A DNA stretch of 63,369 bases, filler included, from a bacterium (GCA_037439705.1; 11 parts of 11 records of this genome joined end to end with filler, not necessarily neighbours in it); one strand, 5' to 3'; counted from the whole stretch's first letter, positions 1 through 10,677 are shown. Program-made: numbers and translations. The notes: generated by a model from the letters alone, not told the origin.

Positions 1-2
1 AA

Positions 3-134
3 GTAAAGGTGGGAGTTGTTCCGGGAGCAGAATTTGGCGCTGAGGGATACATAAGGCTTTCTTATGCCACATCTCGTGAAAACATTCAGAAAGGGCTTGA
101 GAGGATAAAGGAATTCATAGCGAGCCTTAAATAA
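3..134 (+). CDS. PLP-dependent aminotransferase class I/II, C-terminal fragment (5' end outside the window)
   Basis: Manual translation [43 protein letters not shown] matches the typical VPG..FG..GY.RLSY C-terminus. Confidence 0.8.
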   Translation, partial: VKVGVVPGAEFGAEGYIRLSYATSRENIQKGLERIKEFIASLK

Positions 135-182
135 TTCATGGAAAAACTTGAATTTATTTTTATTGTAAATTAGCATAAAAAA

Positions 183-1364
183 ATGGAATACCTGTCAATA
201 ATAGATGTCCCAGCTACAACTTTCTCAGAAAAAAGGATATTTTTAAGGGTTGATTACAATGTTCCAATAAAAGGGGAATTCATCTCTGAACATTACAGAA
301 TAACCCATACTATCCAAACAATTGAATATCTCTTAAAAAAGGATGCCTCAATAGTAATTGCTTCACACCATGAGCAGAAGGATGAAAATGAAGCACCCGT
401 TTATCTTTCCCTTGAACCTGTAAAGAATGCTCTTCAGGACATGCTAAACCAGGAAGTGAAATTTAAAAAGGGAAATATAGATGAATTCTCACTGAAAGGG
501 GCTCAGAATCTCAAACCCGGAGAGATTCTTATGCTTGACAATCTTCGCTTTGACCCGAGAGAAAAAGGGTATTCAAAAAATCCTGATGAGGGATATTGCA
601 AGTTCCTTGCTTCCTTTGGCGATATATATGTATTTGAAGCATTTGGTACTGCCCACAGGAAACATGTTTCAACAAATGGAATGGTTAAGTATTTTAAAAG
701 AAGGTTGATAGGCATTCTTGTCAAAAAAGAACTCGGAGTTCTTGAAAAAATAAGGGACAATCCTGAAAAACCTTTTTGCGTTGTGGTGGGGGGTGGAAAG
801 GTGAAAGATAAACTTTCTGCCCTGAAAAACCTTGCTCAAAAGGCTGATGTGATTCTTACAGGAGGACTTGTTGCACATACCTTTTTAAAAGCGATGGGAA
901 AAAAGGTTGGAAAGGAAATAGTTGATGAGGAGTGGGTAAACTCTGCAAGGGAAATTCTAAACAAGTATAAAAACAAAATAATTCTTCCAGTAGATTATGT
1001 AGTGAGGGAGAAATCAGGAAAAATATCAGTTGTTGGAGATGAAATACCCGAAGGATGTGAAGGATTTGACATAGGTCCAAAAACTATGAAGAGATATGCT
1101 GAAGAGTTAAGAAATAAATCCACCATATTCTGGAACGGTCCTCTCGGAAAAATTGAAGAAGTAGAATTTGAAAACGGCTCTGCGGGAATAGCAAGGGAAA
1201 TTGCTTTGTGCTGGTGGAGAGGAGCAACAACAGTTGTAGGTGGAGGAGATACAATTGCAGTGCTCCATAAGGCTGGTGTAATGGAGAACGAATTTACTCA
1301 CATATCAACAGGTGGAGGAGCAACCCTTCAATACCTTGCTGGTAAGTTGCTTAAAGATTTATAA
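183..1364 (+). CDS. pgk: phosphoglycerate kinase (divergent)
   Basis: RVDYNVP, NLRF, AFGTAHR, DIGPKT, WNGPLG, GGGDT and STGGGA motifs. Confidence 0.9.
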   Translation: MEYLSIIDVPATTFSEKRIFLRVDYNVPIKGEFISEHYRITHTIQTIEYLLKKDASIVIASHHEQKDENEAPVYLSLEPVKNALQDMLNQEVKFKKGNIDEFSLKGAQNLKPGEILMLDNLRFDPREKGYSKNPDEGYCKFLASFGDIYVFEAFGTAHRKHVSTNGMVKYFKRRLIGILVKKELGVLEKIRDNPEKPFCVVVGGGKVKDKLSALKNLAQKADVILTGGLVAHTFLKAMGKKVGKEIVDEEWVNSAREILNKYKNKIILPVDYVVREKSGKISVVGDEIPEGCEGFDIGPKTMKRYAEELRNKSTIFWNGPLGKIEEVEFENGSAGIAREIALCWWRGATTVVGGGDTIAVLHKAGVMENEFTHISTGGGATLQYLAGKLLKDL

Positions 1365-1422
1365 AATATAGAAATTAAAGAATAAAGGAAAAAATTGCTA
1401 CGGGAAAAGGTATCCCCCTCTC

Positions 1423-1496
1423 TGTAGACCAACACACATGATTACCGGGGAAAGTGGTTGGAGATTTGGGTTAAAAGGGATAAAATTGGATGAAAA
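1423..1496. repeat. dispersed intergenic repeat family A, copy 1
   Basis: 1447-1496 matches the reverse complement of the 26726-26775 region at 44/50 by manual alignment. Confidence 0.75.
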
Positions 1497-1518
1497 TGTG
1501 CCTTAATTTTTTAAAAAC

Positions 1519-2025
1519 TTACCTTCTACAAGTGCAAGTATTGTGAGGATTCTGGCAGAATTCTCTCCAGGGTCCATAACCTTTATCAAAATAGGTATGT
1601 AGTAAAAATATCTCGCCGTCTATATTACCCTGAACTATATCCCACTTCCCATCTCCGTCTACATCTCCTACCGCTGGAGAACCTGTAAAAATAGTATCCG
1701 TTCCATATTCAAGAATAATTCTTCCATCTATTCCACTTACTACATAAATGAAGTTAAAGGTGTGAAATACTATATCTGCGTACCCATCTCCATTTATATC
1801 AACATTTAAAGGATACATAGTAAAAATGGAAAAACCAATTCCTTCTTCGTCTTTCTCTGCCAACTTCTGCAGTTCATCTATTGGATAACTTTCTACAACC
1901 GTGTCTATTCTTGGTGTAAGATCAGGTACATCCAGAATCTGTAATTTTATATAGAAAGTGAATTGTTCAGGGTAATAATCGTAACACTCATAATTAAACG
2001 GGAAGGCACAAATCTCATTTCTGCC
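1519..2025 (-). pseudogene. 5'-truncated FG-GAP/VCBS-repeat protein fragment
   Basis: DINGDGYADIV and PAVGDVDGDGKWDIV repeats; frame stays open to 2025 without an ATG or signal peptide; lies next to an IS remnant. Confidence 0.6.
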
Positions 2026-2069
2026 CTAAAGTAGAACATTCTACCTTTACATTGTTGCAATAATATTTT

Positions 2070-2309
2070 GGGTTATCTTTGTTTTTAGCCACCAAATTTT
2101 CACTCACAAAGATATTTTCAACATAATTTTTTTCACTCGTCAAGTTTTTATTAAACCGAGCAATTTATTTACTTTTTCTTCGGTGCTTAAATTTAATGGG
2201 TATCTCTTTACTTTAAATTCATATCTGCAATTTTTACACTTTAATTTTTCTTTTCTGATATTCCAAAATTCTTTTCCAGAACACCTCGGGCATAGATCCT
2301 TGATAACCC
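2070..2309 (-). mobile_element. IS1595-family-like remnant (internally deleted)
   Basis: Minus strand encodes a frameshifted zinc ribbon CPRCSGKEFWNIRKEKLKCKK/CRYEF; 23-bp end GGGTTATCTTTGTTTTTAGCCAC (2070-2092) is identical to 52152-52174. Confidence 0.6.
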
Positions 2310-2428
2310 GATAAAAAATAAAAATGGGGGACAGTTAGAGGGTTGGAACGACCTATATGTTCAGTACATCGGCGTTATATCTTAATTTAAAATGAAAAAA
2401 TATTGCAGTAAAATTAATTTGGAAACCT

Positions 2429-3619
2429 TTATGTCATATATCCTGCATTTAATTTTACATATTCGGTAGAAAGGTCGGATGAAAGAACATACGCTTCACC
2501 TTTTCCCTTTCCAACTCTAATTTTAAAATTTATTTTTTTCATGGAAAAACTTCTTTTGTCTTTCACCTCCAGCATCCTCCCATTACTTACAACCAATTTG
2601 CCATTTACCCATATCTTCAGTTGAAATGGATTAAATTTTACTCCCGCTGCTCCTGCTGAAGCTGCTATCCTTCCGTAATTTGGCTCACCTCCATATACAG
2701 CAGTTTTAACAAGTAAGGAATTGGCAACAGAATAAGCAATTTTTTTTGCCATTTCATTGTTCTTTGCTCCCATCACATGAACCAAAAAAATTTTCGTTGC
2801 TCCCTCTCCGTCCCTGACAATATCCTCTGCGAGCCCATTGCATATATTTTGAAGAGCCTCTGAAAAAATTTTCCTCATCCTTTTTGAAGAATCAACTGAT
2901 ATCCCGCTTTTTCCATTTGAAAGAATAAAAACTGTATCATTTGTGCTCCTATCACCATCTACGCTTATTCTGTTAAAACTCACTTCCACCGCATCTTTCA
3001 AAACATTTTTGAGCGTTGACGAAGATGCGAGTGCGTCTGTAAATATAAAACAAAGCATAGTCGCCATTTCAGGACATATCATTCCAGCGCCTTTTGCAAT
3101 CCCGAGTATTGAAAATTCTCCATCCTTTGTCTTCACCTTCTCGCTTTTTAATTTGTAAAAAGAGTCAGTTGTCATAATTGCCTTTGCTGAATTTATAAAA
3201 CTTTCAGAATCATAAGAAAGATTTTTTACAAGAAATTCTGCTTTTGATATAATTTTTTTTACTGGAATCCTTATCCCTATAACCCCTGTTGAGGCAATCA
3301 ATAGTTCATTTTCTCCTGTTCCTAAGGCATGAGAAAAAGCCCTTATTATTTCCTTTGCATCCTCTATCCCCTCTTTTCCAGTTAAAGCATTTGCATTCCC
3401 ACTGTTTGCCACTATTCCTCTAACATATCCTCTTTTTACAATGTTACGTGAAATAATAACAGGAGCAGCCTGAACCCTATTTGTTGTAAAAGTGCCGGCG
3501 CAAGATGCTATAGTCTCTGAAAGAAAAATTGCAAGATCTGGTCTATTCTTCTTTATACCACAATTACAGGAAGAAGTAAGGAAACCTTTTGGGACTATTA
3601 TGCTGTTTTTCCACAGCAT
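2429..3619 (-). CDS. argJ: bifunctional glutamate N-acetyltransferase/amino-acid acetyltransferase ArgJ
   Basis: [49 protein letters not shown]. Confidence 0.95.
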   Translation of the reverse strand: MLWKNSIIVPKGFLTSSCNCGIKKNRPDLAIFLSETIASCAGTFTTNRVQAAPVIISRNIVKRGYVRGIVANSGNANALTGKEGIEDAKEIIRAFSHALGTGENELLIASTGVIGIRIPVKKIISKAEFLVKNLSYDSESFINSAKAIMTTDSFYKLKSEKVKTKDGEFSILGIAKGAGMICPEMATMLCFIFTDALASSSTLKNVLKDAVEVSFNRISVDGDRSTNDTVFILSNGKSGISVDSSKRMRKIFSEALQNICNGLAEDIVRDGEGATKIFLVHVMGAKNNEMAKKIAYSVANSLLVKTAVYGGEPNYGRIAASAGAAGVKFNPFQLKIWVNGKLVVSNGRMLEVKDKRSFSMKKINFKIRVGKGKGEAYVLSSDLSTEYVKLNAGYMT

Positions 3620-5820
3620 TTTTTATACTTCTTTCCACTTCCGCAGGGACAGGGGTCATTTCTGCCAATCTTCTTTTTATCCCTCGTGATTGTTCCTGTT
3701 GGAACCGATGGTCTGTTAAACTGAAGGGTTCTCCTCGGCATTGAGATAGTTTCTTTTCTTTCCTTTGCAAGTTTTGCCCAGAAAATTCTCTGGATAACAT
3801 TCTCTTTTATCCTTCCCAAAAGGTCCTCAAAGAGCGTAAATGCTTCTTTCTTATATTCTACAAGGGGGTCTCTCTGTGCATACCCCCTCAATCCTATTCC
3901 TTCCCTCAAATGGTCCATTGTAAGGAGGTGGTCTTTCCACAGAGAATCTATGGTCGTAATGTATATGAACCTTTCAAGTTTTCTCATAACCTCTGAACCA
4001 TATTCAATCTCCTTTGCTGTATAAAAGTCCCTTATATCCTTTTTCAATTCCTCAATAACATCTTCCCTTTTAACCTCAAGCGCCTCGTTTCCCATCTTAA
4101 ACTGGAAAGAAAAGAACCTTCTTATGCTTTCAACAAATCCCTTCCAGTCCCACTCTGACGGACGCAGGTCCTCAGGAAGATATGTATCTGCTAATCCTTC
4201 TGCTATCTCCTCTGCTATTTCCATAATGTTCTCTTTTATGTCCTCTTTTGAAAGAATTTCTTTCCTTAACTGATATATGACCTCTCTCTGTTTGTTCATC
4301 ACATCGTCATACTCAAGGAGGTGCTTTCTTATCTCAAAATTGTGCGCCTCAACCCTTTTTTGTGCGTTTTCAATCGCCTTTGTTACCCATTTATGCTCAA
4401 TTTTTTCTCCTTCTTTCATTCCAACCCTTTCCATTAAACTCTTGAGTCTATCGGAGCCGAAGATTCTCAATAGGTCATCCTCTAAGGAAAGGTAAAATCT
4501 GCTTGAACCAGGGTCTCCCTGCCTCCCAGCCCTTCCCCTTAACTGATTGTCAATCCTCCTTGCCTCATGCCTCTCTGTTCCGAGAACATGTAGTCCTCCA
4601 AGTTTTACTACCTCTTCGTGCTCTTTATCGCAGATTTCCCTGAATTCTCTGTAATACTTTTCTATCTCTGGGATCGCATCAGGACCAGCCTTTTGCTTTG
4701 CAAGATATTCTGGATTTCCTCCAAGAAGTATGTCAACTCCCCTACCAGCCATGTTTGTTGCTATGGTTACAGCACCCTTCCTTCCTGCCTGCGCTATTAT
4801 CATCGCTTCTTTTTCATGGTGTTTTGCGTTAAGGACATTGTGAGGGATTCCTCTCCTCTTGAGCATCTGGCTCAATTTTTCTGATTTCTCAATGGATATG
4901 GTTCCAACGAGAACAGGTCTTCCAATTTTGTAAAGTTCTTCTATCTCATCCACAACAGCCTTGAACTTTTCCCTTTCTGTTTTATAAACAACATCAGGAT
5001 ACTCATACCTTATAAGTGGTTTGTTTGTGGGAATAACCACCACATCAAGGTTATATATCTTTTTGAACTCAAGCGCCTCTGTTTCAGCAGTTCCTGTCAT
5101 ACCTGCCAGTTTTTTATACATCCTGAAGAAATTCTGATAAGTAATTGTGGCGAGGGTCTGATTTTCCGATTCAATCCTCACCCCTTCCTTTGCTTCTATT
5201 GCCTGGTGCAATCCATCACTCCATCTTCTTCCTGGAAGAAGCCTTCCTGTAAATTCATCCACAATTATAACTTTTCCTTCTTTAACCACATAATCAACAT
5301 CCCTGTGGAATAGGTGATGGGCTCTTAAGGCCTGATGCAGGCAGTGTAAAACATCTATATTCTTCGGGTCATAAAGGTTATCAATTTTTAATAAAGATTC
5401 TGCCTTTGCAATTCCTTCCTCTGTGAGTATAACTGTTTTAACCTTTTCATCAAGTGTGAAATGCTTATCCTTTTCAAGATATCTAACTATGCTGTTAACC
5501 CTGTAATAAATCTCAGGAGATTCTTCAGCAGGACCAGATATTATAAGAGGGGTTCTCGCCTCATCAATGAGTATGCTGTCAACCTCATCAACAATTGCAT
5601 AATTGAACTCCCTTTGAACCATATCCTCAATTGAATACTTCATGTTGTCTCTCAGATAGTCAAATCCAAATTCGCTATTCACACCATAAGTTATATCCGC
5701 ATTATATGCCTTTTTTCTTTGAGCATCATCAAGCCCTGGGATAATAACACCAACCTCAAGCCCCAAAAATTAATAGACAACGCCCATACATGATGCAACA
5801 ATCTTCGCAAGGTAATCGTT
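3598..5820 (-). CDS. secA: preprotein translocase SecA (N-terminus cut by contig end)
   Basis: [54 protein letters not shown] and C-terminal SEC-C motif [19 protein letters not shown]. Confidence 0.97.
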
Positions 5821-5920
5821 NNNNNNNNNNNNNNNNNNNNNNNNNNNNNNNNNNNNNNNNNNNNTTAATTAATTAANNNNNNNNNNNNNNNNNNNNNNNN
5901 NNNNNNNNNNNNNNNNNNNN
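5821..5920. other. artificial contig linker
   Basis: N44-TTAATTAATTAA-N44, stops in all six frames. Confidence 0.98.
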
Positions 5921-6716
5921 TCAACGTAATTCCTTTTGCTAAAAAATAAGGAAGGCTGATTTTAGTAGGTGAAACCCCAAGACATTTGGCAAAAATTTCT
6001 ATGAGTTCTTTCCACCTGATTTTTTTGTTATCACCTATCACATAGATTTTTCCATTTGCCTCCTTCTTTTCTCCTGCAAGAGCAATTCCCTTAACGAGAT
6101 TTTCAACATATGCTGTGCACAAAAGGGCTCTTCCGCTGTTTATATACCCGAAAAATCCTTTCTCCATAGCCATTGCTATTTTGTAAAAACTTGTCATATC
6201 CTCTGGACCAAACGGGAAAACCCCTGGTCTTATTATGGTAGTTTCAATCTTTCCCCTCTTATGGCATTCCTCAAGAAACTCCTCAACCATTATCTTTGAA
6301 AGAGCATAGGGAAATTTCCTGTTATCTCTTGGCGCAGATTCATCACCGTTTTCATATCCCCTTGGTCTGTGAACAGCAAGGGAAGAAATAAAAACAAATT
6401 TTTTCACACCATTTCTTACGCATGCATCTACAAGATTTTTTGAAGCCAGAACATTTATCTCATAAAAATCCCCCCATCTACCCCAATCAGAAACCTTTGC
6501 AGCAAGATGGAAAACTACATCCACACCTTCAAGATGTTTCTCAAACTCAGAGATTTTTCTTAAATCTCCATATATGATTTCACAGCCCGTGTTCTCTATA
6601 TTCTTTATGCTTGTTCCATAAAGAACAAGACCCTTTACCCTGTGCCCCCTTGAGATAAGTTCTTTCACTAAATTTGAACCTATAAATCCATTTGAACCCG
6701 TTACAAAAACATTCAT
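5921..6716 (-). CDS. NAD-dependent epimerase/dehydratase (extended SDR, 3-beta-HSD-like), 3' truncated
   Basis: True start is likely the ATG at 6716 (MNVFVTGSNGFIG), overlapping the upstream stop; VFHLAA and YALSK catalytic motif. Confidence 0.85.
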
Positions 6717-7396
6717 CTTGAATTCACAAAGCAAAAAATGTCCATTGAAATCCCGATCAGGTAGTGGAGAATCAGGGGATAAAGAATGGAACGGGTTCTC
6801 AAAGCCAAGGCTCCGAATACAATACCGGCAATAATTGCTGAAAATGTCTCGCCCTCCGGTTTGCCCCAATGAATTACGGTTGAAGGAATGGTCTGAAAAA
6901 TTATAGCCATTATTCCCCCAAGCCTCCTTTCAAGTCCAAAAAGGAGATATCCTCTGAAAAGAAATTCCCAGCCTATGTAATAAAAAAGATAGAAAAAATC
7001 CCATAATATAAGAAAAACGAGTTTTTCTCGCGCTATGAGGGGAAGCGGATATTCTTTCTGGAAATCTCCGAGAAAGGACGAAATATAAATGAAGGGAAGG
7101 ACAACCGGTAAAGCAATCATAACAAATTTTATGCCAAATTTGAAATCTCCTTTCTGAAGTCCAAAATCCCTGGGTTCTTCTTTAAGATAAAGCTTTATAA
7201 TTAAAAAAGGAATAAGAAAAAAGAAACCGAAAACGAAAAAAGATTGTGAAACCCTGAGAAATAGTCCCCTTATTCCTGGAACCTGCTCCTCAGGAATTCC
7301 ATGATAAAGATAAATGCACATCACCACAAGACCCGTCAGCGAGATTACTGACTCCCTCTCCTTTAATTCATTAAAAATTGAAAAAAAATTTTTCAA
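6713..7396 (-). CDS. CPBP (Rce1/Abi, CAAX protease) family intramembrane metalloprotease
   Basis: Multiple TM segments; WEFLFRG, a His in VIHWGKP, and LILHY motif. Confidence 0.85.
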   Translation of the reverse strand: MKNFFSIFNELKERESVISLTGLVVMCIYLYHGIPEEQVPGIRGLFLRVSQSFFVFGFFFLIPFLIIKLYLKEEPRDFGLQKGDFKFGIKFVMIALPVVLPFIYISSFLGDFQKEYPLPLIAREKLVFLILWDFFYLFYYIGWEFLFRGYLLFGLERRLGGIMAIIFQTIPSTVIHWGKPEGETFSAIIAGIVFGALALRTRSILYPLILHYLIGISMDIFCFVNSR

Positions 7397-8418
7397 TTTA
7401 TTGAATCCTCTATCAAATTTACCACCCTTTCTATCTCTGAAGAAAATTTTGAACCCTTTAAAAACTCCACAGAAGGTTTTCCAATGTCTGCATATTTTGA
7501 AACCTCGGGTTCTATAGGTATTGAAGCAATCACAGGAATTTTGTATTCCTTTTCAATGTCCCTGAGTCCCTCTCCCGGAAATGCATCTATCCTTTTTCCA
7601 CAATGCGGACAAGTTATATGTGACATATTCTCTACAATTCCAAGCACAGGAACATTAAGGGCTTTAAACATCTCTATACCCCTTCTTACATCAGCAAGTG
7701 CAATTTTCTGTGGAGTTGTAACGATTATTGCCCAATCTATATAAAGCATTTGAGCCATTGACAGCTGAACATCTCCTGTTCCTGGAGGAAGGTCAATGAC
7801 AAGAAAATCCAGGTCCTCCCACAGAATATCATTAAAAAACTGATCCATGAGTTTCATCACCATGGGTCCCCTCCATATAACTGGCGTATCGGGATTGAGG
7901 AAAAAACCTATGGACATCGCCTTTACTCCAAAAGCAGAAACAGGAAGTAGGTGCCTTCCATCAGGAGAAGTTGGTTTTTCGTTTATTCCAAAAAGTATAG
8001 GAATACTCGGTCCAAAAACATCTGCATCAAGAATTCCCACTTTATATCCTCTATTTTTAAGAGATAATGCAAGGTTCACACTTATTATGGACTTTCCAAC
8101 TCCACCCTTTGCGCTTGAAACCGCTATAATGCGTTTTACCCCCTCGGGCTTTTTCTTCTCAGGAAGGGATGGGGGTTCTTCAAGAATGACAATTTTCACA
8201 TTTTTTACCCAGTTAAGTTTTTGAACCTCATTTTTCGCATTTTTTACAATCTCTTCCCTTTTTGACTGGTCCTTTGATGAAATTTTTAAAGAAATAACCA
8301 CATTTCCGCTTTCATCAATATCAATATTTCTAACAAATCCAAAAGAAACTATGTCCCTGTTATACCCTGGATAACGGACATTTTTTAGAACATTAAGGAT
8401 GCTTTCTTTTCCATTCAT
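7393..8418 (-). CDS. mrp: Mrp/ApbC iron-sulfur cluster carrier ATPase
   Basis: N-terminal DUF59-like domain, KGGVGKS, WRGPMV, DLPPGTGD, ENMS..CPHC. Confidence 0.93.
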   Translation of the reverse strand: MNGKESILNVLKNVRYPGYNRDIVSFGFVRNIDIDESGNVVISLKISSKDQSKREEIVKNAKNEVQKLNWVKNVKIVILEEPPSLPEKKKPEGVKRIIAVSSAKGGVGKSIISVNLALSLKNRGYKVGILDADVFGPSIPILFGINEKPTSPDGRHLLPVSAFGVKAMSIGFFLNPDTPVIWRGPMVMKLMDQFFNDILWEDLDFLVIDLPPGTGDVQLSMAQMLYIDWAIIVTTPQKIALADVRRGIEMFKALNVPVLGIVENMSHITCPHCGKRIDAFPGEGLRDIEKEYKIPVIASIPIEPEVSKYADIGKPSVEFLKGSKFSSEIERVVNLIEDSIN

Positions 8419-9089
8419 TTAATCAACCTCCCTATCCTCCGCCATCTTATTTTGTGGAGGATATCTCTTGAGTTTGAATCCCATGAAAAGTAGATTATAA
8501 ATGCCTTTCCCTGAATCTCATTGAGGTCAACAAACCCCCAGTATCTTGAATCGTTTGAATTATCCCTGTTGTCGCCCATCACAAAAACCTTTCCCTGTGG
8601 AACTATTATTGGACCGTAGAAATCCCTGTTGCAGGAGACCAAAGCAGATGGGCAGAAAAATTGTCTCCCCGGATTGTAATGGTCTTTTGGATATAAGAAA
8701 AGGTCCGTAAAATTTGCGTATAGCTCTTCAAGAGGCTCTCCGTTCACATAAACCTTTTTTCCCTCTATAAGAATTCTGTCGCCCTCAACCCCTATAACCC
8801 TTTTAATAAAGTCCTTTGAGTGGTCTTTTGGCCACCTGAAAACTATTATGTCCCCCCTCTTGGGTTTTGCCCATCTCACAATGTAGATGTCGGTCAGTGG
8901 AATTTTTATTCCATAATTGAGCCTTGTTACGAGAAGATAATCTCCAATGAGAAGGGTATTCTCCATAGAACCCGATGGAATTTTATAAGCCTGAACCACA
9001 AAGGCTCTTAAAAAAAGGGCAATGATGATAGCAACTGCAAAAGATTCTATGTTTTCCCTTATTCTTCCCTTTTTCTTCTTTTCCTTCAT
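8415..9089 (-). CDS. lepB: signal peptidase I
   Basis: IPSGSMENTL (Ser), FIKRVIG (Lys), MGDNRDNSNDSRYWG; ATG at 9089 preferred over TTG at 9128. Confidence 0.95.
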   Translation of the reverse strand: MKEKKKKGRIRENIESFAVAIIIALFLRAFVVQAYKIPSGSMENTLLIGDYLLVTRLNYGIKIPLTDIYIVRWAKPKRGDIIVFRWPKDHSKDFIKRVIGVEGDRILIEGKKVYVNGEPLEELYANFTDLFLYPKDHYNPGRQFFCPSALVSCNRDFYGPIIVPQGKVFVMGDNRDNSNDSRYWGFVDLNEIQGKAFIIYFSWDSNSRDILHKIRWRRIGRLIK

Positions 9090-9436
9090 TATGAAGTAAA
9101 TTTTATTTATGCTCAAATCACTCTTCAATAATTTGCATTGAACCCCAGTTGTCCCATAATCTCTGGTGATTCTTGATGTAGATACAAATAAAATGGAATT
9201 GCTGGTAAAGAGGCTCTCTTTCTTTGTAGTAGTAAATCCATTTTAAAGCCTTAAAAATCAATTCTTCTTCAGAGGAAATTTTTTCAAGATAAATCCCGTA
9301 AAATTCTTCATCATTTAACCTGTGACTTCTTTTAACAACCCCGTTCTGGTAAGTCTTCCATTTCCTTTCCTCTAAATCACCGAAACCTTTGAGTGTAAAG
9401 TTGATTTTTCGGGAATTTTGAAGTTAAATTAACAAG

Positions 9437-9895
9437 ATGAAAGAGATAGACTCAATAGACGAAAAAATTCTGGACATTCTTAAAAAAAATGGAAGAATCA
9501 AACTGAAGGAACTTGCAGAAATGGTAGGACTTACTTCTCCTGCAGTAATTGAAAGGGTAAACAGGCTTGAAAGTGAAGGTGTGATAAAGGGATATTGTGC
9601 CCTTATTGACCCGAAAAAGTTGGGAATTGATATAACTGCATTTATAGGAATTTATATTGACCATCCTTCACACATTGATACATTTGAAAAGGAGATAGAA
9701 TCAATTGGAGACGAAATAATGGAATGCCATCATGTAACAGGAGAATGGACGCTTCTTCTGAAAATAAGAACAAAAAATACCGATACACTTCAGGCACTCA
9801 TAAAAAAGATAAGAAGCATAAAAGGTGTTGTTAGAACAAATACAATGGTTGTTTTTTCCACTTTGAAGGAAACTCCCAACTTCAAATTTAAATGA
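9437..9895 (+). CDS. Lrp/AsnC family transcriptional regulator
   Basis: N-terminal HTH (ELAEMVGLTSPAVIERVNRLESEGVIKGY) and RAM domain ECHHVTG. Confidence 0.93.
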   Translation: MKEIDSIDEKILDILKKNGRIKLKELAEMVGLTSPAVIERVNRLESEGVIKGYCALIDPKKLGIDITAFIGIYIDHPSHIDTFEKEIESIGDEIMECHHVTGEWTLLLKIRTKNTDTLQALIKKIRSIKGVVRTNTMVVFSTLKETPNFKFK

Positions 9896-10677
9896 AAAAA
9901 TTTTATTATCACTTTCTTGAGGTTTACAGACACAGATTTTTGATATGGCATCTCGTTTTGAGGGATATAAAGGCAAGATACAGGGGGTCTTTTCTTGGAT
10001 TCCTCTGGACATTTATGAACCCGCTCATTCAGATGGCAATATATACGCTTGTCTTTTCATTCTATCTTAGAATTAACATGGAGAAATATCCCGCCTTTCT
10101 CTTCTGCGGATTGATCCCGTGGGCATGGGTATCTTCTTCTGCTGAAAGGGGTATGCATTCAATAGTTCACAGCGGACCACTCGTTACAAAAGCAATGCTT
10201 CCCCCTCAGGTTCTCCCAACCACAATGAATCTATCAAATTTCGTAAACTTCCTTCTCACACTTCCCCTTCTCTCTTTATTTCTTTTTTTATTTAAAGTTT
10301 ACCCCAATATAAACTTATTATTTCTTCCAATCGTATTTTTCATTCAGTTTGTCATGCTTCAGGGAATAGCGCTCATTGTTGCCACCTCAACGGTTTACTT
10401 CAGAGACCTCCTTCATGTCATTCCAAACCTCCTCCTTTTTCTTTTCTTTGCCACACCCATAATTTATCCAGTTTCAACGGTCCCTGAGAAGTTCAGAATT
10501 TTTGTACTTCTCAATCCATTCTCTACCCTTATTCTTTCCTATCAGAGCAGTTTCTTTTTCAGCCATTTTCCTTCTTTATCATATCTTCTGTACTCTGGAA
10601 TCTGGGCGGTGTTTCTTTTACTTATTGGAGTGTATATTTTTGAAACTTTCAGGGACGAAATTCCGGAATTAATATGA
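9892..10677 (+). CDS. Wzm/TagG-type polysaccharide export ABC-2 permease
   Basis: RDIKARYRGSFLGFLW..NPL, FRDL, TPIIYP, LNP motifs. Confidence 0.9.
   Translation: MKKFYYHFLEVYRHRFLIWHLVLRDIKARYRGSFLGFLWTFMNPLIQMAIYTLVFSFYLRINMEKYPAFLFCGLIPWAWVSSSAERGMHSIVHSGPLVTKAMLPPQVLPTTMNLSNFVNFLLTLPLLSLFLFLFKVYPNINLLFLPIVFFIQFVMLQGIALIVATSTVYFRDLLHVIPNLLLFLFFATPIIYPVSTVPEKFRIFVLLNPFSTLILSYQSSFFFSHFPSLSYLLYSGIWAVFLLLIGVYIFETFRDEIPELI

Noticed and set aside
5767-5820. In-frame TAA and odd residues in secA ([19 protein letters not shown])
   Set aside because: Within the last 55 bp of a contig, in an essential gene; most likely low-quality terminal base calls, not recoding or pseudogenisation
6717-6869. N-terminal extension of the SDR ORF in the track (similarly 56742-56843 and 60406-60447)
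   Set aside because: Overlaps the upstream gene or promoter; better-supported internal ATGs with stop/start overlap or an RBS exist
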